A stretch of 64,000 bases of DNA from an uncultured Acidobacteriota bacterium (GTDB taxonomy: Bacteria; Acidobacteriota; Vicinamibacteria; Vicinamibacterales; UBA8438), in NCBI GenBank assembly GCA_913043225.1, contig CAJWLU010000002.1, positions 128,001 to 192,000 on the forward strand, given 5' to 3'. Below, in pieces: positions 32,003 to 43,082 of this stretch. Under the pieces are notes generated by a model, which was not told where the DNA came from, made no database searches, and saw only the letters and a program-made list of their open reading frames with translations. A program made the translations under genes and the position numbers. How positions within the stretch are numbered: position 1 is the stretch's first letter; the number at the start of each line of letters is the position of its first letter.

Positions 32003-33001
32003 ATGATGGCGATACCGGACACGATGCGGGTGGTCGAGGTAGAGCAAGACGGGCCTCCCGAGGGGCTGAGGCAGTCGACCAGGCCGGTGCCTGACGTCAA
32101 ACCCTCCGAGGTGCTTGTCAAGGTGGTGGCGGTTGGGATGAACCGCGCCGATTGCATGCAGCGGCGAGGCAAGTATCCGCCGCCGCCCGGTGCATCAGAC
32201 TTGCTGGGACTTGAGGTGTCCGGGACTGTCGCTGCAGTGGGGGCGGCCGTAATTGGATGGAGCGTAGGCGACCCGGTGTGTGCGCTGCTGGCTGGCGGGG
32301 GCTACGCTGAGTACACCGCGGTGCCCGCCAGGCAGTGCCTTCCCGTGCCCACCGGCGTGGACCTGGTTGATGCCGCCGCGTTGCCCGAAGTGGCCCTCAC
32401 CGTCTGGACTAATGTTTTCGACCGCGCTCGGCTGCGGCCGGGCGAGACCTTGCTGGTGCATGGCGGCTCGAGCGGAATCGGTACCATGGCCATCCAACTA
32501 GCGCAAGCGCTGGGGTCGCGGGTGCTGGTGACGGCTGGTTCGGCCGAGAAGTGCGCTGCGTGCGAGGCGCTGGGCGCCTCGATGGCGATCAACTACCGGG
32601 AGGACGATCTGGCCGGGAGGCTTCGGAGCGCGGCTGGTGACCTAGGCATCGACGTGATCCTCGACATGGTCGCGGCGCCCTATCTGGCCATGAACCTGAG
32701 CCTACTGAACCTGGAGGGGCGCTTGGTGTTGATCGCCCTGATGGGCGGGGCCACGACAGAGATCGACCTGAGTGCGCTGATGTTCCGCCGCCTGACGGTG
32801 ACCGGTTCGACGCTCCGGGCTCGGAGCGTCGAAGAGAAGGGCGCGGTCGTAGATGCCGTTCGAGAGCGGGTCTGGCCGTTGATCGAAGCCGGCCGCGTGC
32901 GTCCCGTCGTCCACCGCCGAGTGCCGATGGATCAGGTGATCGATGCCCATCACGAGATGGAAGCCAGCACCCACATCGGGAAGATCCTGCTTACGCCCTA
33001 G
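32003..33001 (+). CDS. NAD(P)H-quinone oxidoreductase (PIG3/MDR family)
   Basis: NRAD..QRRGKYPPPPGAS, HGGSSGIG, GSTLRAR, HIGKI. Confidence 0.92.
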   Translation: MMAIPDTMRVVEVEQDGPPEGLRQSTRPVPDVKPSEVLVKVVAVGMNRADCMQRRGKYPPPPGASDLLGLEVSGTVAAVGAAVIGWSVGDPVCALLAGGGYAEYTAVPARQCLPVPTGVDLVDAAALPEVALTVWTNVFDRARLRPGETLLVHGGSSGIGTMAIQLAQALGSRVLVTAGSAEKCAACEALGASMAINYREDDLAGRLRSAAGDLGIDVILDMVAAPYLAMNLSLLNLEGRLVLIALMGGATTEIDLSALMFRRLTVTGSTLRARSVEEKGAVVDAVRERVWPLIEAGRVRPVVHRRVPMDQVIDAHHEMEASTHIGKILLTP

Positions 33002-33171
33002 GAGCTAGGTCGTCAGAACCGACAGCTCATCACTTGGATGCTCCATATTGGTTCTGCTGGAAGACCGATGAGAGTGGCATGTCGGCCAGCCGGGCGTGCA
33101 GCTCGCTGGGACTCGGAGCCCGGACGCCGGTCAGCGTCACGAGTCGTAGCACGGTGTCGAAGAGGAACGCC

Positions 33172-34080
33172 TTATCGGTCTGGTGTGCCGGCGGGGAAGA
33201 GCCGCTCAAAGTTCCCTGCCATGATGGCCTCTTCGGCGGCCGTCTCGACTCCTAGCGTCTCTAGGATGGTGCGCTGTCGCTCATACACCGTGAGTTGCCA
33301 GCCCCGAGGAAAGAACGACGAATCAGTACCAAACACGATCCGCTCCGGGCCGAGCGTCTCGAGGGCGGCGGCGAATACCGCTTCGAGGGTCAGGCCGGGC
33401 GTGTAACGGATCCAGCCGTTCGAGCTGGATGTGTCCACGTGGATGTTGCCGCACAGGTCCGCCGCCATCAGTGTGCTGCGCAGCTGTCCTCCGCCGAAGT
33501 GCGGAATGATGACCGGCACTTCGGGGTTACGGGTCGCGGTGCCGATCAGCGCCAATGGATCGCCGAGACGCACGTCGACTGGGGTGGGGAGTCCCAGTTT
33601 CTTCCGCACGCCGACGGTGAGCACGCCGCAGTGCACGAAGACCACCGCCCCGGCTGTTGCCGCTGCGGCAAACACACGGTCGACCGCCTCGTCGTCGAGC
33701 GGGTAGCCGTGGAGAGCTGGGAACAGGCAGACGCATCGCAGCCGTTCGTCTTCGAGCGCCGTCCGGATCCGGACATCGGCGTCCGGCGCGACCGGGTTGA
33801 ACATCGTCATCCCCACCAGTCTGCCGGGATGTCGGCGGACGGCGGTCCCGACCGACGCTTCGTCCCCAGGAAGGCTAGCCATAACCGCGGCGCGGCCAAC
33901 CTCGTTGGCATCAAGCGTTTGCACCCACCGGTCGGCCAGTTCCTCGGGTGAACCGGGAGCGTCCCACCTGAGTCGCTCGGGGAGCGTGGTGAAGGTGTCG
34001 TCTTCCGCCGTCGAGAGCTGGCCGCCGAGGATCTCGAAGAAACGGGTAGAGAAGAAGTGACAGTGGACGTCGTTGATCAT
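33172..34080 (-). CDS. Amidohydrolase_2 family metallohydrolase
   Basis: DVHCH, VHCG, PHFG, FGTDS. Confidence 0.85.
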   Translation of the reverse strand: MINDVHCHFFSTRFFEILGGQLSTAEDDTFTTLPERLRWDAPGSPEELADRWVQTLDANEVGRAAVMASLPGDEASVGTAVRRHPGRLVGMTMFNPVAPDADVRIRTALEDERLRCVCLFPALHGYPLDDEAVDRVFAAAATAGAVVFVHCGVLTVGVRKKLGLPTPVDVRLGDPLALIGTATRNPEVPVIIPHFGGGQLRSTLMAADLCGNIHVDTSSSNGWIRYTPGLTLEAVFAAALETLGPERIVFGTDSSFFPRGWQLTVYERQRTILETLGVETAAEEAIMAGNFERLFPAGTPDR

Positions 34081-34162
34081 GGACGCGTGCGTGGGGTGCT
34101 ACGGGCGGTGCGCCGCTCGTGCAGTATACTGGCTCCTCCCCGAACGCACGGAGCTACAGACC

Positions 34163-34402
34163 ATGTCAGGTGTCAAGGTCGGCCGCAATGATCCCTGCCC
34201 CTGTGGCAGCGGCAAGAAGTACAAGCAGTGTTGCGAGAAGAAGGCCTCGGCGCTGAGCCCCACCGCGTGGCTTACGATCGTGGGCGTCGCGATCGCCGCC
34301 CTGGTCGTTTTGGTCATGAGCTTCACCACCGACACGGCGGTGACCAACGCCGCCTGTCCTCCCGGACAGGTCTGGTCGGTGGACCACGGACATTGTCACT
34401 GA
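34163..34402 (+). CDS. Small SEC-C motif membrane protein
   Basis: [18 protein letters not shown], one TM helix, C-terminal [22 protein letters not shown]. Confidence 0.8.
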   Translation: MSGVKVGRNDPCPCGSGKKYKQCCEKKASALSPTAWLTIVGVAIAALVVLVMSFTTDTAVTNAACPPGQVWSVDHGHCH

Positions 34403-34523
34403 GGCGGGCGCGGCACATGTCGCCTGCCGGACGACTGCAGGCTCCGAGCTTCAGGCGCTCGGAACATTATCCTGCAGGCGTCGCTCTTTTCGAGCGCTTG
34501 TAGCCTCACAACACAGATCTCCC

Positions 34524-35507
34524 ATGCACTACATCCGCCTCGGCACCACCGGTCTGAAGGTTTCGCCTCTCTGTCTCGGCATGATGACTTATGGGTCGTC
34601 GAGCTGGCGCGAGTGGGTGCTGCCTGAGGAGGACGGACGACGGTTCTTTAAACAGGCGCTCGACCATGGCATCAACTTCTTCGACACCGCCGACATGTAT
34701 TCGATTGGGATGAGCGAGGAGATCCTGGGTCGAGCCGTCAAGGACATGACCCGCCGCGACCAGGTGGTGATCGCGACTAAGGTGCATTTTCCGATGGGCG
34801 ACGGGCCGAACGACCGAGGGCTTTCCCGGAAGCATCTGTTTGACTCCATCGATGCGTCACTGCGTCGACTGGGCACCGACCACGTCGACCTCTATCAGAT
34901 CCACCGGCTCGATCCGGACACCCCGCTCGAGGAGACCCTCGATGCGCTTAACGACATCGTGCGGTCTGGCAAGGTCCGCTATCTCGGTGCGTCGAGCATG
35001 TATGCGTGGCAGTTCGCGCGCGCGCTGTATCTGGCCGACAGGCACGGGTGGGCTCGGTTCGTGACCATGCAAAACCACTACAACCTGATCTATCGCGAGG
35101 AAGAGCGGGAGATGCTTCCCCTGTGCTTGGCGGAAGGGGTAGGGGTGATTCCCTGGAGTCCGCTGGCCCGTGGATTCCTGGCAGGCAGCCGAGCGAGGGG
35201 TGAGGACTCTGGTGGCGCGACCAGCCGGGCCAAGACCGACGACTTCGCCCGTAAGCTGTACTTCGCCGACAGCGATTTCGACGTGCTCGACGCGGTTAAG
35301 GCGCTTGCTGAGAAGCGCGGCGTCACGCTGGCCCAAATCGCGCTCGCGTGGATCGTCCGCCAGCCCTCGGTGACGGCGCCGATCGTGGGAGTCTCCAAGC
35401 CGGAGCAGCTCGATCAGCTGGTTGCCGCACTCGACATCGAACTTGACGATGACGAGTGCGAGGCGCTGGAGTCGCCCTATCAACCGCACCCTGTGCTAGG
35501 GCACTAG
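34524..35507 (+). CDS. Aldo/keto reductase (YajO-like)
   Basis: CLGMM, FDTADMY, ATK, YQIHR, WSPLARG. Confidence 0.93.
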   Translation: MHYIRLGTTGLKVSPLCLGMMTYGSSSWREWVLPEEDGRRFFKQALDHGINFFDTADMYSIGMSEEILGRAVKDMTRRDQVVIATKVHFPMGDGPNDRGLSRKHLFDSIDASLRRLGTDHVDLYQIHRLDPDTPLEETLDALNDIVRSGKVRYLGASSMYAWQFARALYLADRHGWARFVTMQNHYNLIYREEEREMLPLCLAEGVGVIPWSPLARGFLAGSRARGEDSGGATSRAKTDDFARKLYFADSDFDVLDAVKALAEKRGVTLAQIALAWIVRQPSVTAPIVGVSKPEQLDQLVAALDIELDDDECEALESPYQPHPVLGH

Positions 35508-38500
35508 ACCATTCGATGCTGCTTTGAGTCGATTCATTCCGCGGTCAAAGACCTCTCGGATTTCCGCCGTCACCTGTTCATAGCGCCGCTTAAGCGTTTC
35601 TCCCGTCGGGGGCGGTATGCCCATGCGTACGCCAAGGACCGCAAGACGAGCAGGGTCGGTGGACAAAGTAGACGCCCCGGCGTCAGCTTCGATCCGGAGT
35701 CTGGTCTCCAGCGTGCGGAGGAAGGCGTGGCCGTTCCGCAGCCGCGTCGCATCATCGGTATCGAGAAGTGACGTTGGCGGCAGGTCTGCTAGTAGGCGGC
35801 GGGTGCCGGCCACTCGCCACACCGGCGTCCGTTCTCCATGTCTGATCTGCAGCAGCTGCATCAGAAAGTCGATGTCTGAGAGACCGCCGTGACCGACCTT
35901 CAGGTGAAACCGGTTCTTCGCGTGTTCCTGGCCGAGCTCGTTTTCCATCCGGCTGCGAATATGGCAGGCGTATTCGGGCAGAGAGTCGTCCCACCCTTGG
36001 TAGACGAAGTCGCTGACTACCCGAGTGACATCCTTGGCGAGATCCTCTGAGCCGGTCAGCACCCGGTATCGGGTCCACGCCAGACGCTCCCACCGCTCGG
36101 CCCGTTCGGTGAGATAGCTCTCGAACTTGTCCAGAGGCATGGCTAGCGGTCCCTTCTTACCGTCCGGCCGGAGCCTGGTGTCGAGATCGTAGGCGATGCC
36201 GGCCTGAGTGGGTTGTTCGAGGAAGCGATACAGCTTTTTGACCGTCGCCTCCGCGCGAGTGAACAGCTCACCGTCGTTCGGTGCGCCCCGATAGAGGAAG
36301 ACCAGGTCGAGATCCGAGTGCACGGTTAGCTCTAATCCGCCGAGCTTGCCCAGCGCCACCACGAGCCATTCGGTGTCGTCCCGCGTCGCCTCATCGTCCA
36401 GCAGCCAACGCAGGCCGTGGCTGACGCAGCTGTCGGCCAGTCCCGAGAGCTTCTCCTGCAGAGCCGCCAGGTCGCCTCCATCCAGCCACTCGACCATGAT
36501 CTTGAATTCTTCGATGCGCCGGAGTCGGCGAACGCGGTCCGCGCGGACCGCGGGTGCTTCGCCGGCCGACGCCCTGAGCTCCTTCTCCCAGCCTTCCTGC
36601 TGTGTCGCGAAGTCTGGCGCGGCCTGTACGATTGCGTCCAGCATCTCGGGGTGACGGGATAGCCGGTCGGCGAACAGGTCGCCGTTGTCGAGGAGCGTTG
36701 CCAGCTTGTCTCGGAGAGGCGCCGACTCGAGCAGCGTCCGAAAGAGCGCGCCTGACGCGCCTGAGCCAGAGACGATTCGTTCAAGCCTGTTGAGAATGCG
36801 CTCCGGCTCGGCCCGCGTGAGGAGCGCCGGCAGGACGGAGCCCACGAGATTTGATAGCAGGTTCCTGGTGGTAGAGCGCGACTGCACGAGCGACGGCACC
36901 TCGTCGAGTGCCCTGATCTGGGCCAGAATCGCGTCCGGGTCGCGGAACCCCAGTCCGTGGAGATAGCCGGTCGTGTCGTCGTCAGAGATCTCGCCGCTCA
37001 GCCAGCGGAAGAGGAGCCGGCCGGCGTCCTCCTCCTCCGGCTCTGGGGCCAGCAGGTCGGCATAGATGGTGTGCACCTGGTTGCGGTGATGAGCCAGCGT
37101 TTCTTCCAGTTTGCCGGCCGATTCGAACCCCATACGGCGGGCGCTCAGGTCGAGCATCTCGCCGTCCGCGTTCAGGGTGTGCGTCTGGCTTTGGTGGACG
37201 ATCTGCAGTCTATGCTCCACCATCCGGAGGAAGCGGTAGGCCTCGTCCAGCTGTCGGTGCACGTCGGCGTCGATGATGTCCTGTTCGAGCAGGGCGGCGA
37301 GCGCCAGCAGGGTGGTGGGGGATCGCACGGCCTCGTGCTCGGCGCCGTAGGTCACCTGCAGAATTTGTGTGAAGAGCTCTATCTCACGGATGCCGCCCCG
37401 GCCCACCTTCACGTCCCGGTCGCCATCACCGGCCTGCTCGGCGCGCCGCTTGTAGCGCGCAATCTCTTCGAACGCCGCGTGGTCGAGGTAGCGCCGGTAG
37501 ACGAACGGCCTGACCAGATCCATGAAGTCGGCGCCAAGTTCGGTGTTGCCCGCAACCGGTCGAGCTTTGATCAGCGCGAACCGCTCAAAGGTTTCACCCA
37601 TCGAGTCGTAGTAATGGCTGTACTGCTTCAGCGTGCAGGCCACATCGCCGTGCCGTCCCATCGGCCGCAGCCGAAGGTCGACGCGATACAGATAGCTCTC
37701 GTCGGTGTGATCGCCGAGCGTCTTGGTCAGACGACGGGCGAGCTTGTGGAAAAGCGCGTGGTGCGCCGGGACGCTCGGATCGTCTAGCTCGTACACATAG
37801 ATGAGGTCGATATCCGAACTGTAGTTCAGCTCGAGGCCGCCCAGCTTACCCATCGCGATGACGGCGAAGCGACCCGGCATCGCAAGGAGTGACTCAGTTG
37901 ACGAGGGGTCCGTGCTCAAGAGCTCAAGCACTCCGTCGATCACCACATCGGCTAGCAATGACAGTTGCGCAGTGGCCGTGGGCATGTCGCTCACCCCAAG
38001 CAGATCCCGGGCGGCGATGCCGAGATACTCGCGTCGCCTAAAGCGCTTGACCGCCTCGATCCTGGCGTCGGTGCTGAGATTGCTCGATAGCACCTGCTGC
38101 AGGCCGTTCCGCAAATCGATCAGGTCAGGGGCTGGCCGCTTGAGCGAGAGTTGCAGCCAGTGGAAAAACTCGGGGTTCCGGATCAACACTTCTCCGAGCG
38201 ATGGAGAGGCGCCGAAGAGTGCCGCCAGAATCTCGGCGGCTCGCGGGTCGTCCTTGAGGTAGCCGAGAAAGCCGCTGATTGGAGCCCGCGTCACGAGGTA
38301 GCGCGTGACCCCGACCAGCGCTCCGTCTGGGTCGGCAGAATTGGTCAGCGCGTCGATAAGTACATCGGCGACTTCACCCAGCGCCAGCCGCGTCGGTAGG
38401 TCCTGGGCCAGTGCCTGCAGATGCTCGTCGGCCGCCTTCGGATCGGCGAACCCGCGCGAGGCAAGATATGCTTCCGCATCTGCCTCGGTCAGATCTTTGG

Positions 38501-38543
38501 AGAGAAAGAGGTCCCGGGCCGTGGTAGCCGAGTCTGACGTCAT
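35496..38543 (-). CDS. glnE: Glutamine synthetase adenylyltransferase/deadenylylase
   Basis: Two NT domains: MGKLGG.ELNYSSDIDL/DLRLRP and LGKLGG.EL..HSDLDL/DTRLRP. Confidence 0.93.
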   Translation of the reverse strand: MTSDSATTARDLFLSKDLTEADAEAYLASRGFADPKAADEHLQALAQDLPTRLALGEVADVLIDALTNSADPDGALVGVTRYLVTRAPISGFLGYLKDDPRAAEILAALFGASPSLGEVLIRNPEFFHWLQLSLKRPAPDLIDLRNGLQQVLSSNLSTDARIEAVKRFRRREYLGIAARDLLGVSDMPTATAQLSLLADVVIDGVLELLSTDPSSTESLLAMPGRFAVIAMGKLGGLELNYSSDIDLIYVYELDDPSVPAHHALFHKLARRLTKTLGDHTDESYLYRVDLRLRPMGRHGDVACTLKQYSHYYDSMGETFERFALIKARPVAGNTELGADFMDLVRPFVYRRYLDHAAFEEIARYKRRAEQAGDGDRDVKVGRGGIREIELFTQILQVTYGAEHEAVRSPTTLLALAALLEQDIIDADVHRQLDEAYRFLRMVEHRLQIVHQSQTHTLNADGEMLDLSARRMGFESAGKLEETLAHHRNQVHTIYADLLAPEPEEEDAGRLLFRWLSGEISDDDTTGYLHGLGFRDPDAILAQIRALDEVPSLVQSRSTTRNLLSNLVGSVLPALLTRAEPERILNRLERIVSGSGASGALFRTLLESAPLRDKLATLLDNGDLFADRLSRHPEMLDAIVQAAPDFATQQEGWEKELRASAGEAPAVRADRVRRLRRIEEFKIMVEWLDGGDLAALQEKLSGLADSCVSHGLRWLLDDEATRDDTEWLVVALGKLGGLELTVHSDLDLVFLYRGAPNDGELFTRAEATVKKLYRFLEQPTQAGIAYDLDTRLRPDGKKGPLAMPLDKFESYLTERAERWERLAWTRYRVLTGSEDLAKDVTRVVSDFVYQGWDDSLPEYACHIRSRMENELGQEHAKNRFHLKVGHGGLSDIDFLMQLLQIRHGERTPVWRVAGTRRLLADLPPTSLLDTDDATRLRNGHAFLRTLETRLRIEADAGASTLSTDPARLAVLGVRMGIPPPTGETLKRRYEQVTAEIREVFDRGMNRLKAASNGLVP

Positions 38544-38556
38544 CCCGGGTATGCAG

Positions 38557-38592
38557 AAAAGCGAAGGGGTGACCAGATGGCCACCCCTTCGT
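38557..38592 (-). terminator. Intrinsic terminator after glnA
   Basis: CGAAGGGGTG...CACCCCTTCG stem followed by CTTTT on the minus strand. Confidence 0.7.
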
Positions 38593-38643
38593 CAGGCGCC
38601 TAAAACCTAAAGCTAGAGCTAGAGCTGTCGGCGCACAAGCGGC

Positions 38644-40077
38644 CTAGATGTCGAAGTACATCGCGAACTCCCACGGATGCGGCCGCAGGCGGATTGCGTC
38701 GACTTCACCGCGCTTGTAGTCGATCCAGGTATCCACTAGATCCTGGGTGAAGACATCGCCCTTCAGCAGGAACTCGTGGTCGGCTGCCAGCGCGTCGAGG
38801 GACTCCTCGAGGCTGCCAGGGGTACTCTCGATCTTGGCCAGATCCTCGGCCGGCAGATCGTAGAGGTCCTTGTCGAGTGGTCCCGGCGGGGTGATCTTGT
38901 TCTGGATCCCGTCGAGGCCGGCCATCAGCAGCGCGCTGAACGCCAGATACCCGTTGCAGGTCGGATCCGGGAACCGGGTCTCGATCCGCTTCGCCTTCTC
39001 GCTGCCGGAGTAGACCGGAATCCGGACGGCTGCGCTGCGGTTTCGCATCGAGTAGATGAGGTTGATCGGCGCTTCGTAGCCTGGTACCAGACGGCGATAC
39101 GAGTTGGTGGTCGGGTTGCAGAAGGCAAGCAGGGCCGGTGCGTGCTTCAAGATGCCGCCGATGTAGTAGAGGGCGTTCTTGCTGAGCCCGGCATAGGTGC
39201 CCGCCTCGAAAAACGTGTTTGAGCCATCCTTCCAGAGGCTCTGGTGCACGTGCATGCCCGAGCCGTTGTCCTGGAAGATCGGCTTCGGCATCAGAGTGAC
39301 GGCCTTACCGTGACGCCGAGCCACGTTCTTGACCACGTATTTGTACTTGAGCAGCTTGTCGCCCATGCTGACCAGCGAGTCGAACCGCATGTCGATCTCG
39401 GACTGGCCAGCGGTGCCGACCTCGTGGTGGTGTACCTCGATTTCGACACCCACCTTCTCGAGTTCGAGCATCATCTCGGTCCGCAGATCCTGATGGCTGT
39501 CCATCGGTGGAACCGGGAAGTAGCCCTCCTTGTATCTGGGCTTGTAGCCGAGGTTGCGCGAGTTGCCGGCCGAGTCAGGGTTCTCCACGCGTCCGCTGTT
39601 CCAGAAACCCTCGGCCGAGTCGACGTGGTAGAAGCCTTCCTGATGGGTCTGGCCGAAGCGCACGTCGTCAAAGATGAAGAACTCCGGCTCGGGACCGAAA
39701 TAGGCGGTATCGGCGATGCCAGTGCTCTTGAGGTAGGCTTCGGCCTTCTGGGCCACATACCGTGGGTCACGCGAGTACGACTCACCGGTGATGGGGTCCT
39801 TGATGGTGCAGATGATATTCAGCGTGGGCGCTTCCATGAAGGGGTCGACAAAAGCCGTCGACGCATCCGGGAAGAGCAGCATGTCGCTCTCTTGAATTGC
39901 CTTAAATCCTCGAATACTCGAACCGTCAAACCCTGCGCCCTCCTCGAAGACGTCGGCTTCGAACTCTTTAGCTGAGATCGTGAAGTGCTGCCAGAGCCCG
40001 GGCAGGTCGATGAATCGTAGGTCGATCGCCTGGATCCCCTGATCCTTTATCAATGCCATCACGTCGCTAGGTGTCAT
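38644..40077 (-). CDS. glnA: Glutamine synthetase type I
   Basis: [29 protein letters not shown]; adenylylation Tyr in DLYDL. Confidence 0.97.
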   Translation of the reverse strand: MTPSDVMALIKDQGIQAIDLRFIDLPGLWQHFTISAKEFEADVFEEGAGFDGSSIRGFKAIQESDMLLFPDASTAFVDPFMEAPTLNIICTIKDPITGESYSRDPRYVAQKAEAYLKSTGIADTAYFGPEPEFFIFDDVRFGQTHQEGFYHVDSAEGFWNSGRVENPDSAGNSRNLGYKPRYKEGYFPVPPMDSHQDLRTEMMLELEKVGVEIEVHHHEVGTAGQSEIDMRFDSLVSMGDKLLKYKYVVKNVARRHGKAVTLMPKPIFQDNGSGMHVHQSLWKDGSNTFFEAGTYAGLSKNALYYIGGILKHAPALLAFCNPTTNSYRRLVPGYEAPINLIYSMRNRSAAVRIPVYSGSEKAKRIETRFPDPTCNGYLAFSALLMAGLDGIQNKITPPGPLDKDLYDLPAEDLAKIESTPGSLEESLDALAADHEFLLKGDVFTQDLVDTWIDYKRGEVDAIRLRPHPWEFAMYFDI

Positions 40078-40174
40078 CGGCGTTCCTCCTTTTCGTCCCT
40101 TCAGTTGGTGACTCGTGTGTCGGCGTCGCGGTCGGGCTAGAGCCGCTTGGCGATGCCGGTGTGTTGGTGCGTTC

Positions 40175-40507
40175 TCACACCACGTCGCGTTCCCCGGTTC
40201 GGATGTTCCGACTCTCTTCCACCGGGAGCACGAAGACCCGTCCGTCGCCGATCTCGCCGGTCCGGGCCGCCTCGGAGATGGCCTCGATGACGTCTTCCAC
40301 CATGTCGTCGGGAACCACCGTCTCGATTCTCATTTTGGGGAGTAGCGAGACCTCATACTCACGTCCCCGATACATCGCCGAATGGCCACGCTGTCGGCCG
40401 TGACCGCGTACCTCGGACACGGTCATGCCGGCCGCGCTGCAGCTCGCCAGCGCATCCTTTACCGCGTCGACCTTGTTGGGTCGCACAATCGCTTTGACCA
40501 GCTTCAT
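40175..40507 (-). CDS. glnB: PII nitrogen regulatory protein
   Basis: GHGRQRG..YRGREY T-loop, [15 protein letters not shown] overlap with glnD. Confidence 0.9.
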   Translation of the reverse strand: MKLVKAIVRPNKVDAVKDALASCSAAGMTVSEVRGHGRQRGHSAMYRGREYEVSLLPKMRIETVVPDDMVEDVIEAISEAARTGEIGDGRVFVLPVEESRNIRTGERDVV

Positions 40508-43068
40508 TCGACCAGCGCCCCTTCGAGGTCGGTGCGCAGGTCCTGTTCCATTCCGGGCGAGAGCTTGGCGCCGTTCCGCGTGAGGTGGAACACGTCGATG
40601 GCTCGGTCGCCTTCGGTCGAGATCAACACCAGGTCGATGTCGCACCCCTGCTCGGAGATGACTCGGCTGATCCGGTGGAGCAGACCCCACTGGTTGGAGC
40701 CGCCGATTTCCAGCACGGTGTAGCGATCCGAGTAGTGATGATCGAAGTGTACCAGCGTGCGCACGGGCGGGCGTCCTCGTCGACCGCGTGAGCCGGCCTC
40801 TCGACCCTTGAGCATCGACGCCAGGTCGGTTTCGCCGGTGACCACGTCCTGCAGCAGTCGGGTCAGCTCAGAGGAACCGGCTTCGTTCAACGCCAGGAAC
40901 CGGTCGGCATCCACGAAGCGGAACAGATCCAGCACGACGTTCTGGCTGTTGCTCATGGCCTGACCACGGAGGATGTCCATGCCGAAGTAGGAGAGTACGC
41001 CGCAGATATTCGAGAAGATGCGTGGTCGGTCCTTGGTGGCCACGCTGAGTTCCCAGACGTCGTTCTGTCGGTCAAGGTGGAGTCGAACCTCTTCGTGTTC
41101 GAGGTCTTGCGACAACCGGACGTGGTCGTAAATGGTCCGGGGGTCGACCAGCCGCAGGTACCGTTGAGGTAGACCTTCGAGGAAGTCGGTGATCTGCTGC
41201 TCCGAGATCTCGGGAGGTCGATGCGTCTTGATGTCAGCCAGATTCGGCTGACCCGTGGCGATCACCTCGTCACCGTAGCCTAGCGTCAAGTGATTGTACG
41301 TGTCGACGTAGAGCCGCCACAGCAGCTCCTCCTTCCAGGGCGTCAGCGTGTCCGGACTTACCGCCTGGATGTCGGCCAGCGTCAGCAGGCAGAGCATCTT
41401 GAGGCGCTCTTCGGTCCCTACCAGTCGGGCGAACTGCCTCGCCACTTCCGGATCTTCGTTGTCACGACGAAACGCCGCTACCGACATCTGGAGGTGGTGG
41501 CGAATGAGGAACTCGACGGTCCGGATCGACTCGGGTGAGATCCGCAGCCTCCGGAGCGGCCCGACGACCATCCGCACGCTCTCCTCGGCGTGGTTCTTGT
41601 TCGTCCACTTACCCACGTCGTGGAACATGAGTGCCAGTACGATCAGTTCTGGCTCCCTCAGCTCAGCGAGCAGGCTGGCGAACCGCTGGCGACGTGTGGA
41701 CTCGGGGTCGGCCAGATCGGAGAGATTCCGGATGGTCAGGAGCGTGTGTTCGTCGACGGTGTATTTGTGGTAAAAATCTCGAATCACGCGACAGTAAATC
41801 TTCCGGAACTCCGGGAACATCCGTCCTAGGAGTCCGTTCTCGTGCATCTCCGAGAGCCGGCCATAGAGCCCGGGCTGCGGTGTCAGAAAATGCAGAAACT
41901 GGTCGCGTTCATCGGTGCCGTGGAAGAACTCCTCTGAGGTGTACCGGTCCCCGTGACGCTCGACGAACGCCAGGGTATCTGGTGCTACCGCGCAGCCTTC
42001 GTCGATGGCGGCCTGAAAGAGACGCAGCCAGCTCTGCGGACGGAGAGATGCCCGTACGGTGTCAATGAAGCTGACGCCATTGGGTCCACGTTGGAGGTTG
42101 TCTCCAACCTCTCTGATTTCGACCTCTTCAGTTGATGGGCGGGTTTCGGCCAGTGCCGCGGACAGGATGCGGGCGATGATCCTGGCATGGTGGAAGTACA
42201 CGCTCATCAGCGCTTCCACCTGGGTGCGTTCCTCGCTGCCGGGTGAGCTGAACCGGTCCGCCACGGTGACTTGATGCTCATGGCTGAGACCGTTCAGGTT
42301 TCGGCGGTTCTCGAGGTGCAGCAGCGAACGGATCCGCAAGAAGAACTCTTCGGCCTCGTCCAGCGCCTCGTCGAGGCGGCCGGCGGTCAGTGGGACCGCG
42401 CGCCCCGTTTCGGGCTGGGTTAGCTCCGCCAGCGTTCGGATGGCGTTGATGTCGCGGAGCGCGCCCGGCGCTTCCTTGATGTCCGGTTCGAGCTGGTAGA
42501 TGGTGGAGTTGAACGTGTGGTGACGGTCCGCGACCAGTTGGCAGAGCGCGTCGACCGTTGGCTGACGCCAGGCCGACGTCGGGCTGAGCACCTCCTGGGT
42601 GAACCCGTCAAATAGGGAAGCCTCGCCTGCAAGGAACCGAGCGTTGGTTACAGCGGTCAGAAACTCCGGGTTGTCAACTTCCGGCCGTTCCAGTTCTGAC
42701 AGCTGCCGGATCTGATGACCCACAGCTAACCCGAGATCCCAGAGTGGGTGGAGCAGGGCTTTAACGATCCGCTCTTCCGATGCCTCAATGGGGCCACCAA
42801 AGAGAATCAGCAGGTCAATGTCCGAGTGCAGACAGAGCTGGCAACGGCCGTAGCCGCCGATCGCGATGAGCGCGACCGGCGTGTCCGTTTCCGCGGTGGC
42901 ATCGGCGTAGATCCGCCCCAGAAGCACGTCCATTTCAGCGGAGAACGTTTCCGATTCCACAGCGCCGCCTCTCGCCTCCCGGCTCGCCGATCTGAATCGG
43001 TCACGGGCTACGGCCAGAGAATCGGCCAGGCTGGGCTGGGCGGCGTCGGTGGCAAGCTCGTTCGTCAT
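40504..43068 (-). CDS. glnD: PII uridylyltransferase/uridylyl-removing enzyme
   Basis: GGYGR..HSDIDL, EPDIKE, H.YTVDEH, HDVGK and two ACT domains. Confidence 0.93.
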   Translation of the reverse strand: MTNELATDAAQPSLADSLAVARDRFRSASREARGGAVESETFSAEMDVLLGRIYADATAETDTPVALIAIGGYGRCQLCLHSDIDLLILFGGPIEASEERIVKALLHPLWDLGLAVGHQIRQLSELERPEVDNPEFLTAVTNARFLAGEASLFDGFTQEVLSPTSAWRQPTVDALCQLVADRHHTFNSTIYQLEPDIKEAPGALRDINAIRTLAELTQPETGRAVPLTAGRLDEALDEAEEFFLRIRSLLHLENRRNLNGLSHEHQVTVADRFSSPGSEERTQVEALMSVYFHHARIIARILSAALAETRPSTEEVEIREVGDNLQRGPNGVSFIDTVRASLRPQSWLRLFQAAIDEGCAVAPDTLAFVERHGDRYTSEEFFHGTDERDQFLHFLTPQPGLYGRLSEMHENGLLGRMFPEFRKIYCRVIRDFYHKYTVDEHTLLTIRNLSDLADPESTRRQRFASLLAELREPELIVLALMFHDVGKWTNKNHAEESVRMVVGPLRRLRISPESIRTVEFLIRHHLQMSVAAFRRDNEDPEVARQFARLVGTEERLKMLCLLTLADIQAVSPDTLTPWKEELLWRLYVDTYNHLTLGYGDEVIATGQPNLADIKTHRPPEISEQQITDFLEGLPQRYLRLVDPRTIYDHVRLSQDLEHEEVRLHLDRQNDVWELSVATKDRPRIFSNICGVLSYFGMDILRGQAMSNSQNVVLDLFRFVDADRFLALNEAGSSELTRLLQDVVTGETDLASMLKGREAGSRGRRGRPPVRTLVHFDHHYSDRYTVLEIGGSNQWGLLHRISRVISEQGCDIDLVLISTEGDRAIDVFHLTRNGAKLSPGMEQDLRTDLEGALVE

Positions 43069-43082
43069 TGCGGGGGCAGGCT

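Noticed and set aside
33025..33171. Minus-strand coding-like stretch (AFLFDTVLRLVTL...YGASK*)
   Set aside because: No convincing start or RBS; at best an unidentifiable remnant
38608..38626. Short AGCTAG/AGAGCT tandem repeat after glnA
   Set aside because: Only about three units with no spacers; not CRISPR or REP-like
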